The notes: generated by a model not told the origin, from the letters alone. A DNA stretch of 64,000 nucleotides from Armatimonadota bacterium (GCA_041690135.1 JAWLHY010000011.1:128001-192000), one strand, 5' to 3'; positions 50,732 to 60,713 are shown, numbered from the stretch's first letter. Numbers and translations are program-made.

Positions 50732-50915
50732 GGGGCGAACTGTGCGAAATGGAGCATGCAACGAACCTCAAAAGCGGCCAGAAAGTGGGGAGGTTCGTCG
50801 CACGGACCCGTGCCTGGCGGAGGGCTGTTCCGGCGGATTCCGGGCAGAAACGGGCTCACGGGAGGTGCGGCGGCGGAGGTTCGTCGCATCAGGCACGGAT
50901 TTCAGGCACATAGGG
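50732..50915 (+). promoter_or_regulatory. Putative CRISPR leader
   Basis: Lies between the cas2 remnant and the first repeat. Direct repeat GGAGGTTCGTCGCA at 50789 and 50875, with an inverted near-copy TGCAACGAACCTC at 50757. Confidence 0.6.
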
Positions 50916-51074
50916 GTTCGAACGAGGGGCATGCCGGCTACGGCATTGAAACTTGATGACCGTTCTTCTGATTTGCCGGGATCCCGGCAAATCGTTCGAA
51001 CGAGGGGCATGCCGGCTACGGCATTGAAACGCCGCGATTGCAGCCTTCACCGGAGGGCGCGCGGCAATTGAGAC
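50916..51074 (+). CRISPR. Minimal CRISPR array (2 identical 37-nt repeats plus a probable degenerate 3' remnant)
   Basis: GTTCGAACGAGGGGCATGCCGGCTACGGCATTGAAAC at 50916-50952 and 50994-51030; 41-nt spacer; ATGCCG/CGGCAT hairpin; ATTGAAAC 3' end; CGGCAATTGAGAC remnant ending at 51074. Confidence 0.82.
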
Positions 51075-51391
51075 CGAGTGGTGCACGCCGGCGCCCGTAC
51101 TGGCCGTGCTGGCTTCCTGGGACGGCGTTCCCGTCCGTTGCGGCCACCGAGGGGGCGACCGCCGGCCTTTGTCCTCGGCGGTGGCTACGGGGCAGGACAC
51201 CCCCTGCCCTCCCCGTGCGGGTACACCCTCACGCGATTCAGACTGCGCTCCGCCTTTCACGCTCCCCGCCCGCTCACCCCACCCACTTCGTGGCTTCTCG
51301 CCCGCCAGGGGGAACACAACTGGCCGGCTCCGAGAGCCGGCCTTCATTTGCGGCAAGGCCGGAGTGCGGTTCGGAAGGCTGCAGTCTGCGA

Positions 51392-54300
51392 CTATGGGCG
51401 CACGGTGATGTTGCCGGACTTTATGGGAGAGGTGGGGACCCCGGTGGATGTCTGGACTTCGAGGCCGAAGAGGTCGCCGGCGCCACGAGGTTGGCCGCCA
51501 TCCTGGAGATCGGCGACGAATTGGAGTTCGGGGCCGCGGTTGATCTGGGCGGTGCCGAACAGGCGAGCGTGGTTTCCATCGATGACGAGGCTGGTGAGTT
51601 TCATGCTGCGGATGGAGCGGCGGTTGGTGCGGTCCTGAACAGTGAGCTTTCCGATGAGCTGGCCCTTTCGGTTAAGACCGGCGGAGACACTGAAGGTTAC
51701 CCGGTTGCCCTCTACCAGGACCGTTCCGCTTCCCTTGATCCTGCCGGCCGTGGGTGGCGGTGGTTCCGAGGCCACCGTGACGAAGACCGAGATGGGATCA
51801 CTGGATGCCGTGCCGTCGGTGACCCGGTAAGTAATCTCCTCTACGCCGCTGAAGCCGATCTCCGGCGCGTAGAACAGCTCCCCATCCGCACCCAGGATGA
51901 CATCGCCGTGCGCGGGACCTGCGAGCAACTGGGCGGAGAGCGTGTCGCCATCGACGTCCGAGTCGTTGGCGAGAACTCCGGGAGAGGAAATGTCCAGCGG
52001 AGTGCCCTGGGCGGTGTGGAAGAGGTCCGGCTGCCCCGTGGGTGCATCATTGACGGAGCTAACGGTAAGGGTTACGGTGGCGGGATCGCTCTCCTCGGCG
52101 CCGTCGCTCACGGTAAAGCTGAAGCTATCCGCACCGTGGAAGTTGGAGCCGGGGTGGTAGGTGACGTTAGGGGCCTGCCCCTGGAGCTGGCCATGGGCGG
52201 GAGCCGTAACGATGCGGTAAGTGAGGGCATCACCGTCGACGTCCGACCCGGCGAGCTTCACTTGCGCGGAAGTGTCTTCGTCCAGAGTGAGACTCTGACC
52301 GGCGGCGACCGGCGGATCGTTGAGAGGGGTGACGGCGAGGGTCACGGCCACCGGTTGACTGACCCGGTTGCCATCCGAGGCGCGGTAGGAGAAACCGTCG
52401 GGGCCGGAGTAATCCGGTGTCGGCGTGTAGGTGAAGCCTCCATCCGGCGCGAGCGTCAGGGTCCCGTGCTGAGGGCCGGTGACGAGGGCCGCGAACAGGA
52501 CTGACGAGTCCGTGTCAACATCATCAGCGAGTACGCCCGGAGCCGTTACCGTGAGGGAGCCGTCTTCCTGGACCGAATGTGCATCGGCCAGCGCCACCGG
52601 CGGGTCGTTTACCGGAAAGACCGCGATGGACACCGTGGCAGGCGGGCTGGTCGTCGTGCCGTCGCCCACGCGGTATTGGAAGCTGTCGGGGCCGGAGTAA
52701 TCGGCGACAGGGGTGTAGGTGAGTTGCGGCGGTGTGCCGGAAAGGGTTCCATGGAGCGGATTGCTGGCGAGGCTGTAGGTGAGGGCATCGCCTTCTGGGT
52801 CGGCGCCGGCGAGCTGAATACTCACCGAAACGTCCTCCAGGGTGGAAACGGTGAGCCTCTGGGCCGCCGGTGGGTCGTTCGCGGGCGAAACGAGGAGACG
52901 GATCGTGCCGACGTCACTGGCGCCGAGTGGGTCCTGGGCGCGGAACGTGAAGCTGTCCTCGCCGGAGAAATCCCCGGCCGGCGTGTAGACCCAGACGGAG
53001 CCGGTCCCGGCAAGCACCCCGTGCGTAGGTTGGGTGAGGATGGCGTAGGTGAGCAGGTCACCATCCACATCGGAAGCGCGCAGCTCAACGCCGGCGGCGG
53101 TATCTTCCGGGGTGGGGATGAGGAAATCCGCAGCGACGGGGGGATCGTTTTGCGGGGAGATCGTGAGCTGGACCTGGGCGGGAGCGCTGGCGGCCTGCCC
53201 GTCCAGAGCTACGTACGCGAAGCTGTCGGCACCGTGATAGTTGGCGGCGGGGGTGTAGACGAGGTGGGGGGGCTCTCCGGTGAGTGCTCCGTGGGAAGGA
53301 GCCTGCACAATCACGTAGGTGAGCGTATCACCGTCCACGTCCTCCCCGGTGAGCGTGATGGGCTGCGGTGTATCCTCCGGGGTGGAGAACATTTGTGGGA
53401 CAGCCAGGGGTGCATCGTTAACGGGCAGGAGCGAGATCAGAACGGTTGCGGGCTGGCTGGACAACTCCGCGTCGTGAGCCTGGAACGTAAAGCTGACTTC
53501 CCCGGTGAAGTCGGCGGGCGGCGTGTAGGTGAGGTTGGGAGGGGTGCCGGTTAACACCCCCTGGGCGGGGAAGCTCTCAAGGGTGAAGGATAGCGGGTCT
53601 CCATCGACGTCCTGGCCGGAAAGGGTGAGGGGAACGGGCGTATCCTCGTTGCTCTGCACCGATAGCGTATCCGCTACGGGGGCATCGTTTACGGGAGTGA
53701 CAGTGATGCTGACCTGGGCTGTATTGCCATCGACCTGCCCGTCATTGGCCCGGTAGGTGAAGGTGGTTGTACCCACGAAGTCTGCGGGCGGAGTGTAGCT
53801 GAGCTGCCCGGAGGGGTCAAGGGTCAGCAAGCCGGAGGCCGGAGGGGTGACCACCGCCGCGGTGAGGGGGTCCGCTTCGGTGTCGAAATCGTTCGCCAGA
53901 ATGCCGGGAGCCCCAAGGGTGAGGGGGGTGTCCTCCGGCGTTTGCAGAGTGTCGTCCTGGGAAACGGGAGCGTCGTTCACCGGGGAAACCGAGAGGGTGA
54001 CGGTGGCCGGCGCACTTGCGCCGACCACACTGGTCGCGCGGTAGGTGAAGGAGTCTTCCCCATAGAAATCCGCATCGGGAGCGTAGTCGAAGCTGCCATC
54101 GGAGCGGAAGGCAAGCTCACCGTGGGTGGGTGGTGTGAGTAACTGCGCCGACAGAGTGTCTCCGACCGGCTCCGTATCGTTGCCGAGAACACCGGGCGCG
54201 GGGACTGTGAGAGGCTGATCTTCGTTCAGCGGGAAGGGGTCCGGGCCGGCAACCGGCGGGTCGGGAAAGAGGGAGAAGGAGAAGATTTGGAAGAGGCCGC

Positions 54301-55711
54301 CAGTGAGGCCTGGCGTCAGGTTATAGGCGCGGGAGCGAACGGCAGCGGCGGTACCATCCCGGCTAATTGCGCAACTGCCTGTCGAGGCGTCGGCTTGGAT
54401 TCCCGCGGCTCGCACAGTGGCACGGAAGGTAATAGAGGCTTCCGGTTCGTCGAAAACCCCATCGGCATCCGCATCACGATCGCGCACATAGCCATCATTT
54501 CCGAGGGTTGGACCGGGGGCGAGATTGTCGGCAGATGAATGGAAAATCAAGAAGCGGCCATCATCACTGAATGACGGGCTATATGAATTATGATTACCGA
54601 TAGTGGCCTCGGTGCTGCGGCTGGCCAGCACCGTTGACGCGGTGAGACGATCGTGGACGAAGATGTCATACGCCCCATTGGTATCGTCAGGGGCGAGGTT
54701 GCTAGCTTCACTGAAGAATGCGACGAAACGGCCGTTGCCGCTCACCGCAGGTTGATAGCTCATGCCGTTGGGTTCAGCACCATCACTAACAAGGGTGGCT
54801 CGAGTGGTAGCAACAGCACCAGGCTCGTCAAAGATACTGTCACCGTCCACATCCCGATCTCGGATGAAGATTTCGGAGATAGAGGCGGTGTCGCCGGGGA
54901 TGAGATTAGAGGCCTCGGACTGGAAGGCCACGATACGGCCGTCGGCACTGATCGAGGCAGTGGTGCTATCATTGTTGCCTTTTGTGCCGGAAGTGGAGAC
55001 ACTTACAAGCTTGGTACTCACTGCGCCTGGCTCGTCGTAAATGCCGTCGAGATCAGCGTCACGGTCGCGCAAGTAAATGTCAGTGTACTGATCTGTGTCG
55101 GATGGATCTAGATTCCGTGCATTTGAAGCAAACGTGACGAATCTCCCGTCGGCGCTCAACGAGGGCCAGTATGATCCCTCATTGGCCAATTGGCCGTTCG
55201 TGGCAACGCTGACGCGGATCGTACGGATGGCACCCATTTCATCGAAGATCCCGTCACCATCGAAATCACGGTCGTGCAGGAAGACACCAGCAACACCGCC
55301 GCCGTCGAGATTGGTCGCGTGAGAAGTGAATGCTACGAACCGTCCATCGGCGCTGATGGCGAGCTGGTTTACACCACTATCGGCGTTACCCTGCCCTCCG
55401 GCGTCGGAGATGCTGACCCGCACAACTTTGCGAAGGAGGGCATCGTAGACGAAGACGTCTTGCCGGTCATTTGTGTCGTTAGGAACCAGGTTGCTGGCGG
55501 CGGTCGCGAAGGCGGTATACCGGCCGTCCTGGTTCATCACCAATTCGCCGGCGTGTGCATTTCCAGGGACACCTTCCGGCGAAGCGCTCGCAAGGTGAAT
55601 GCGTTGTACAGCACCGGAAGCCGAACGGTGAAGGCCTGGGAGGCACCCGGCCAGAAGCAGTGCAAACACCCAGGTACTTCCACGGTAGGTGAGGGGTTGA
55701 CGGCTAGGCAT
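51392..55711 (-). CDS. Large secreted adhesin-like protein: TolB/PD40-like beta-propeller, 9 tandem-95 (cadherin/Ig-like) repeats, C-terminal beta domain
   Basis: SADGRFVAFxSxAxNL blades; nine units mostly starting xND(A/P)P with GxLxG...YTP..D/N(F/Y)xGxDxFxY. Start placed at ATG 55711, before the hydrophobic leader. Confidence 0.88.
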   Translation of the reverse strand: MPSRQPLTYRGSTWVFALLLAGCLPGLHRSASGAVQRIHLASASPEGVPGNAHAGELVMNQDGRYTAFATAASNLVPNDTNDRQDVFVYDALLRKVVRVSISDAGGQGNADSGVNQLAISADGRFVAFTSHATNLDGGGVAGVFLHDRDFDGDGIFDEMGAIRTIRVSVATNGQLANEGSYWPSLSADGRFVTFASNARNLDPSDTDQYTDIYLRDRDADLDGIYDEPGAVSTKLVSVSTSGTKGNNDSTTASISADGRIVAFQSEASNLIPGDTASISEIFIRDRDVDGDSIFDEPGAVATTRATLVSDGAEPNGMSYQPAVSGNGRFVAFFSEASNLAPDDTNGAYDIFVHDRLTASTVLASRSTEATIGNHNSYSPSFSDDGRFLIFHSSADNLAPGPTLGNDGYVRDRDADADGVFDEPEASITFRATVRAAGIQADASTGSCAISRDGTAAAVRSRAYNLTPGLTGGLFQIFSFSLFPDPPVAGPDPFPLNEDQPLTVPAPGVLGNDTEPVGDTLSAQLLTPPTHGELAFRSDGSFDYAPDADFYGEDSFTYRATSVVGASAPATVTLSVSPVNDAPVSQDDTLQTPEDTPLTLGAPGILANDFDTEADPLTAAVVTPPASGLLTLDPSGQLSYTPPADFVGTTTFTYRANDGQVDGNTAQVSITVTPVNDAPVADTLSVQSNEDTPVPLTLSGQDVDGDPLSFTLESFPAQGVLTGTPPNLTYTPPADFTGEVSFTFQAHDAELSSQPATVLISLLPVNDAPLAVPQMFSTPEDTPQPITLTGEDVDGDTLTYVIVQAPSHGALTGEPPHLVYTPAANYHGADSFAYVALDGQAASAPAQVQLTISPQNDPPVAADFLIPTPEDTAAGVELRASDVDGDLLTYAILTQPTHGVLAGTGSVWVYTPAGDFSGEDSFTFRAQDPLGASDVGTIRLLVSPANDPPAAQRLTVSTLEDVSVSIQLAGADPEGDALTYSLASNPLHGTLSGTPPQLTYTPVADYSGPDSFQYRVGDGTTTSPPATVSIAVFPVNDPPVALADAHSVQEDGSLTVTAPGVLADDVDTDSSVLFAALVTGPQHGTLTLAPDGGFTYTPTPDYSGPDGFSYRASDGNRVSQPVAVTLAVTPLNDPPVAAGQSLTLDEDTSAQVKLAGSDVDGDALTYRIVTAPAHGQLQGQAPNVTYHPGSNFHGADSFSFTVSDGAEESDPATVTLTVSSVNDAPTGQPDLFHTAQGTPLDISSPGVLANDSDVDGDTLSAQLLAGPAHGDVILGADGELFYAPEIGFSGVEEITYRVTDGTASSDPISVFVTVASEPPPPTAGRIKGSGTVLVEGNRVTFSVSAGLNRKGQLIGKLTVQDRTNRRSIRSMKLTSLVIDGNHARLFGTAQINRGPELQFVADLQDGGQPRGAGDLFGLEVQTSTGVPTSPIKSGNITVRP

Positions 55712-56033
55712 GGTGAAGAAAGACAACCTCTGCAGACGCGGACACCAGGCCGGCGGCGTCCCAGCTTGAAAGTCGGGCGAAGGAACTACCGGTAAGTTCT
55801 CACTGCGGAGAAGTAGTCCTCCCTTGCATTGGCAGTCAGGACGGCAATAATCGCAGGCGTGACCGATGGGCCGCTCGATGGATACGACCGCCAAGGGCTG
55901 CCGGCCACTGGAAAGCTGCGCCGCGATACGGTAACGGCTTCCCCCATCTCTGGGGATCCGCCATTCTCGCACCCAGTGCCCATCTTCCAGTGGCCGGCAG
56001 CCCTTGGCGGTTGGTTTCCGGGTGGGCTGGAGC

Positions 56034-57179
56034 TCAGGAGCCTCCGAACCGGCTGAGCAGCGCCCGGATGGCGCTGACGGGGGCGGCGTAGCCTTCCACG
56101 TAAGCGTCCGCCACGCGGAAGGAGAGCACCCCCAGCACGGCCCCGGTGCGCACGGAGTAGACCGGCCCCCCGGAGTACCCCGGCCGGACCTCCGCGTCGA
56201 TCCGAAGGGATTCGACAACGTGGCCCGTGGGCGAGGGCCGGCGCACCTGCGCGCTGACAAAGCCCGGTACCGTGTCAGTACTCAGGCCGCTCCCTGTCCG
56301 GAGGAACCGATCCACCGCGGGAAAGCCTGTCACGGCCACCCGCTCTCCCACGGCTACCGGTCCCATACCGGCCAGGGGGAGTGCCGGGGGCAGGTCGCCG
56401 TCGCTCTGCAGCAGCGCCAGATCGCTGGGGACGTCCATGCCGCCTCCCGCTACCCGGAGCTGCCGACCGTCCGCGGTCACCAGGAGCAGCTCGCGGGCGT
56501 CGCGCACGGTGTGGGCGCAGGTCACCAGCAGCCGGGGGCCCACCGGAAACCCCGCCCCGTGCCGGATCGAGGCGCCTTTGCGGGCCAGCACGAGGACCAC
56601 CGAAGCTCGCACCCGTTCCACGACGGAGTCGGGAGTTGTCCCCAGCCACCCGCCTACAGATCCCGGGGGCGGCCAGGGCGTCGCGTTCGGGAAAGCCGGG
56701 GCAGGACGGTACACCACCGGCGGCGCCAGGCGCACCGGGGGCATGTAGACCGTCGGGGCCGCGACCGCAGGCATGGGCGGGGCCGTCCACTCCGGCCCGG
56801 ACGAAGGCGGGGGAGCGGCCGGCGGTGGCGTGAGGGAGGGCTGCCCCGCGTTGTAGTAAGGCGGAGGCGGAACTCCCTGCCCCGTCCCACCGGCTACGGT
56901 CGGGATGGCATGGGCGGCGTTTCGATCCGAAAACTCGGGGACGGCACTCCGTCCCCAGCGCGACGGCGGCAGAAACACGATGAGAAGAATGAGAGCGAGA
57001 AGAAATGCCGTGCCGCTGGCGAGCCCGTACCGGGAGCCCCATCTCCGCCGAGGAATACCGGAGTCCTGCCCCGAGTCCGCCGGATAGGTGGGCGGTCGAG
57101 GCGCGTCGCACCGGTAGCACTGGTCGGAGGGGGTCTGGTTCTGGGCGCCGCAGCCGCAGGTCCAGCCGGGGTAAACCAT
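56034..57179 (-). CDS. Membrane-anchored trypsin-like (S1) serine protease with an N-terminal RanBP2-like zinc finger
   Basis: WTCGCGAQN...CYRC, one TM, Pro-rich linker, catalytic triad TCAH / DLALL / GYSGGP; RBS AAGGAGG. Confidence 0.85.
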   Translation of the reverse strand: MVYPGWTCGCGAQNQTPSDQCYRCDAPRPPTYPADSGQDSGIPRRRWGSRYGLASGTAFLLALILLIVFLPPSRWGRSAVPEFSDRNAAHAIPTVAGGTGQGVPPPPYYNAGQPSLTPPPAAPPPSSGPEWTAPPMPAVAAPTVYMPPVRLAPPVVYRPAPAFPNATPWPPPGSVGGWLGTTPDSVVERVRASVVLVLARKGASIRHGAGFPVGPRLLVTCAHTVRDARELLLVTADGRQLRVAGGGMDVPSDLALLQSDGDLPPALPLAGMGPVAVGERVAVTGFPAVDRFLRTGSGLSTDTVPGFVSAQVRRPSPTGHVVESLRIDAEVRPGYSGGPVYSVRTGAVLGVLSFRVADAYVEGYAAPVSAIRALLSRFGGS

Positions 57180-57243
57180 ATGACCCTCCTTTCAATTTTC
57201 GAGACGAGGAAAGGCGGTCCCCAGGTTCCCTGTCCGGCAACCG

Positions 57244-60200
57244 TTATGCTGAAAGTGCGAGGAGGAGGGCCTCGTCCGGCGTCTGGGCTCGCCCTTCGCG
57301 CCAGGCCCGGTCGTAGGCAGCGGTGCCGACGCGCCGGCGCAGGGCATCGAGCCATTCCTGTAAACGGTCCTCTTCCACCGGAGGAAGGGGCGCGGGCAGG
57401 GCCTCACGCAGGGATTGGGCGGCGGCGCAGAGGCGGATCGCCCGCAGCGCCGCGGTGGGATCACCCGCGTCTTCCGCGGGCGCCGACAGTCGGGCCAGGG
57501 TTTCCAGAGAATAGGCCACGCTGCGCCGGTCGCCGATCTCCCGGGCGATCTGCAGGCTTTCACGGAAACAGCCGCCCGCGCCCGGCCGATCCCCTTCCGC
57601 CAGGTGGACCAGGCCCAGCTGGTTCAGCGAAATGGCGATGCAGCGGCGGTCTCCCAGCTCTCGCCGCAGCGCCAGGCTCTCCTCCAGATAGCGGCGCGCT
57701 TCGAGGAGGTGGCCCCGCCCCCGCTCCAGCAGGCCCAGGTTGTTGAGCGAGGCCGCCACACCCCAGCGGTCGCCGAGATCCCGGCGAATCCCCAGGCTCT
57801 CCTCGTAGAGGGCACGAGCGGCGGTTTCATCACCCCGGTCGACGGCGAGAATGCCTAGGTAGCCCAGCATGCTGGCGGTCCCGGAACGATCCCCGGCTTG
57901 CGAATAGAGCGCCCGGCTTTCCTCGAACAGGCTGCGGGCCTGTTCCCGGTCCCCACGGTCCTTGGCCAGGATCCCCAGCGTGCCGAGCGCCGCGGCGATC
58001 CCCCGCCCTTCCCCGAGTTTCCGCCAGAGGGCCAGGCTGCGCTCGCACCGGTCCGCTGCCTCCCCATAGTCTCCCTGGTAAGTGGCCAGGAACCCGGCCC
58101 ATCCCAGGGCACGCGCCAGGGTGGCAGGGTCCACTTCGGGCAAAGCTCCGGTGGGCGACCCGATAAACGGACGCAAGGTGGAGGCGAGATGGTGGCGCCC
58201 CTCCGTGAAGAGGCCGCGGATCTGCCAGTACCGGCCCAGGGCCGCAGCAAGACGCAACGCCTTCGCCGGGGCCAGGGGCCAGGGGCCAGGGGTAAGGGGC
58301 CGCATGTCGCCTTCATCCTTTAGCGGCCGTTCGAGGGCCGCCCGGAGATTGTCGTAGTCGGTGTCCAGGCGGGAGAGCCATTCGGACTGGCGGGGACCCG
58401 TGAGCTCCGGGTCGGCCTGTTCGGCCAGGCGCAGGAAATGGTCCAGGTGGCGCTCGCGCGCGGCGGCCTCTCTCCCGCTCGCCCGCAGGCATTCCGCGGC
58501 GTACTCGCGCAGGCTCTCCAGGAGACGGAACCGGCGGGAAGATCCGCCCCCCGCACCCGGAAGCGCCGGAACCGCCGGTTCGATCGCCACCAGGGACTTG
58601 GCGGCCAGGGCGCCGACCCTCTGCGCGACCCCGTCTCCTTCCGCAACCGCCTCGGCTGCCTCCAGCGACCAGGAGCCGGCGAACACGGAGAGCACCTGGA
58701 ACAGCTCCTGGTCGGCCGGTGTCAGCAGGGTGTAGCTCCAGTCGATGAGGGCGCGCAGGCTGCGGTGGCGTTCGGGCCCGGTGGCGTCACCGGCGGTCAG
58801 AAGCTGGAAGCGGTCTTCCAGGCGACGCAGGATCTCGGCGGGTGTCAGGATCTCCAGCAGCGGGGCCGCCAGCTCGATCGCCAGCGGCAGGCCATCGAGC
58901 CTCCGGCAGATTTCCGAGAGCGTGGCCCGGTCGGCCGGGGTAGGGACATAACCAGGAACCACTGCGGAGGCACGCTCGAGAAAAAGACGGATGGCGGGGC
59001 TCTCCGGCTGGCCGGCTTCCCCGGGGCCGCGGGCGAGAGCTTCCACCGGTCCCTCGGCCCGCAGCGGTTGGACCGGATGGACCGTTTCGCCGGTAATCCC
59101 CAGGCGCTGGCGGCTGGTCGCCAGGATGCGGACCTCCGGGCAGCTCCGCGCCAGCCCCGCGGCCAGCTCGGCACAGGCGGGAAGAAGGTGCTCGCAGTTA
59201 TCCAGCACCAGCAGCTGTTCTCGTCCGTGGAGAGCCGTTTGCAGAACCTCCAGGGTCTCCAGTTTCCCTTCCGGCCGGATCCCCAGCGCCGCCGCCACCG
59301 CCGGAGAAACAGCCGCGGCCTCGGTGAGAGCGGAAAGATCGATGAACGCGGCGCCCTCGCGGTAGTCCGGCTGCAGGAGGTTCGCTACCTCCAGCGAGAG
59401 GCGCGTTTTCCCCACGCCGCCGGGACCGGTAAGGGTGACCAAGCGCGAGTAATGCGTATTGGCCCCCCTCCCCGCAATTCTGGGGGCGCCCAAAGTTGCG
59501 TGATGCGAATCGGCCCCCCATCCCCCAATCCTGGGGGGGACCGGTGATCCGTGATCCACGCTGCATGCTGCGTTCTGCTCGAAACCCGGGTCGGAGTGCG
59601 TGTCACCAGGCAGGGGTGCGGGGTGAGGATGGAGGATCTTGAGGAGGCGAGCGACGTCGGCTTCGCGTCCGATCAGGGCCGTTAGGGGTTGCGGGAGAGG
59701 TTTGCGCCCCTCCGGGAGGTCTTCCTTTGTCGAGCGCCGCGGGGGTGCTTGCGCCGGCGGGACCGGCGACCCTGCGCGGGCCGTCGCGCGGAGAGCCTCG
59801 TAGGCCGCGACCGTCTCCGGGTCGGGCGGGGCATTGAGCTCCTGGTACAGGCGGCGACGCAGCTCCTGGTAGACCTCTACGGCCGCCTGCAACTCCCCGG
59901 CCTCCTGGAGGGTGTGCATCAGCGCCCGGTGCGCCGATTGGCGGAAAGGGGCCGCCGCCACACAGCGGCGCAAGAGGCGGATCGCTTCCCGGACCTCCCC
60001 TCCCGCGAGTGCCCGCTCCGCCAGGTGCTCCAGGGCGGAGAGGTAAGCCTGTTCCCGCTGCTCCCGCTCCGCCAGCACCCAGATCTCCGTACAGCCTTCC
60101 AGGAGCGGACCGGTGTAAAGGGAAACCGCCTCCTCCAGGGCCTCCGGGCGGCCGTCAGCGACGGCAGCATCGAAGCGCAGGAGGTCGATGTCGGCGCCCG

Positions 60201-60516
60201 CGACGGCGAAGCGGAGAGTCCGGTTTGTGGGCGACTCGACCCGCCATGCTTCGGCGCCCAGCTTTACGCGCAGGTCCCGGAGACTCTGGCGGAGGCTGGC
60301 GAACGCCTCTTCCCCGAAGCTGTCCGGCCACAACGTTTCGGCCAGCCACTCGCGGCGGACCTCCCGGCCGTGACGCAGCACCAGGAGGGCGAGCAGCCAC
60401 TGCCCCTTCCGCGAGCGGAGGGGCGCGACCGGCTCGCCGTGGAGGCACAGGTCGAACGGCCCGAAGAGGCGGATCGTCAGGGCCGCCGGAGGGAACTCAC
60501 CACGGAGATCACCCAT
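57244..60516 (-). CDS. AfsR/SARP-type regulator: wHTH-BTAD, STAND (NB-ARC-like) ATPase, TPR repeats
   Basis: IRLFGPF, YTGPLLEG, TLTGPGGVGKTRL, LLVLDNCEHL, ILATSR, LDGLPLAIELAA, and repeated A.SL..LG TPR units. Confidence 0.92.
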   Translation of the reverse strand: MGDLRGEFPPAALTIRLFGPFDLCLHGEPVAPLRSRKGQWLLALLVLRHGREVRREWLAETLWPDSFGEEAFASLRQSLRDLRVKLGAEAWRVESPTNRTLRFAVAGADIDLLRFDAAVADGRPEALEEAVSLYTGPLLEGCTEIWVLAEREQREQAYLSALEHLAERALAGGEVREAIRLLRRCVAAAPFRQSAHRALMHTLQEAGELQAAVEVYQELRRRLYQELNAPPDPETVAAYEALRATARAGSPVPPAQAPPRRSTKEDLPEGRKPLPQPLTALIGREADVARLLKILHPHPAPLPGDTHSDPGFEQNAACSVDHGSPVPPRIGGWGADSHHATLGAPRIAGRGANTHYSRLVTLTGPGGVGKTRLSLEVANLLQPDYREGAAFIDLSALTEAAAVSPAVAAALGIRPEGKLETLEVLQTALHGREQLLVLDNCEHLLPACAELAAGLARSCPEVRILATSRQRLGITGETVHPVQPLRAEGPVEALARGPGEAGQPESPAIRLFLERASAVVPGYVPTPADRATLSEICRRLDGLPLAIELAAPLLEILTPAEILRRLEDRFQLLTAGDATGPERHRSLRALIDWSYTLLTPADQELFQVLSVFAGSWSLEAAEAVAEGDGVAQRVGALAAKSLVAIEPAVPALPGAGGGSSRRFRLLESLREYAAECLRASGREAAARERHLDHFLRLAEQADPELTGPRQSEWLSRLDTDYDNLRAALERPLKDEGDMRPLTPGPWPLAPAKALRLAAALGRYWQIRGLFTEGRHHLASTLRPFIGSPTGALPEVDPATLARALGWAGFLATYQGDYGEAADRCERSLALWRKLGEGRGIAAALGTLGILAKDRGDREQARSLFEESRALYSQAGDRSGTASMLGYLGILAVDRGDETAARALYEESLGIRRDLGDRWGVAASLNNLGLLERGRGHLLEARRYLEESLALRRELGDRRCIAISLNQLGLVHLAEGDRPGAGGCFRESLQIAREIGDRRSVAYSLETLARLSAPAEDAGDPTAALRAIRLCAAAQSLREALPAPLPPVEEDRLQEWLDALRRRVGTAAYDRAWREGRAQTPDEALLLALSA

Positions 60517-60713
60517 AGGGTACCCGAGACACGGAGAATACCACGGAGAGAGAATGGGAGACAGTTGTGAAGTATATTCCGTGCGCGTGATGATTGGCCC
60601 TACCTGCGGACCGGCAGCGAAAGGTGAAGAATTGACGAGGCCGCATGACGGCCTTAAAGGGGCCTTACTATGGCCCTCGCCTTCTTGTAATCTATGTCCA
60701 GAGGACTTCGAAA

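Noticed and set aside
55712-56260. N-terminal extension of the 1622-aa ORF
   Set aside because: It overlaps the protease gene and is non-coding-like; the signal peptide begins at ATG 55711.
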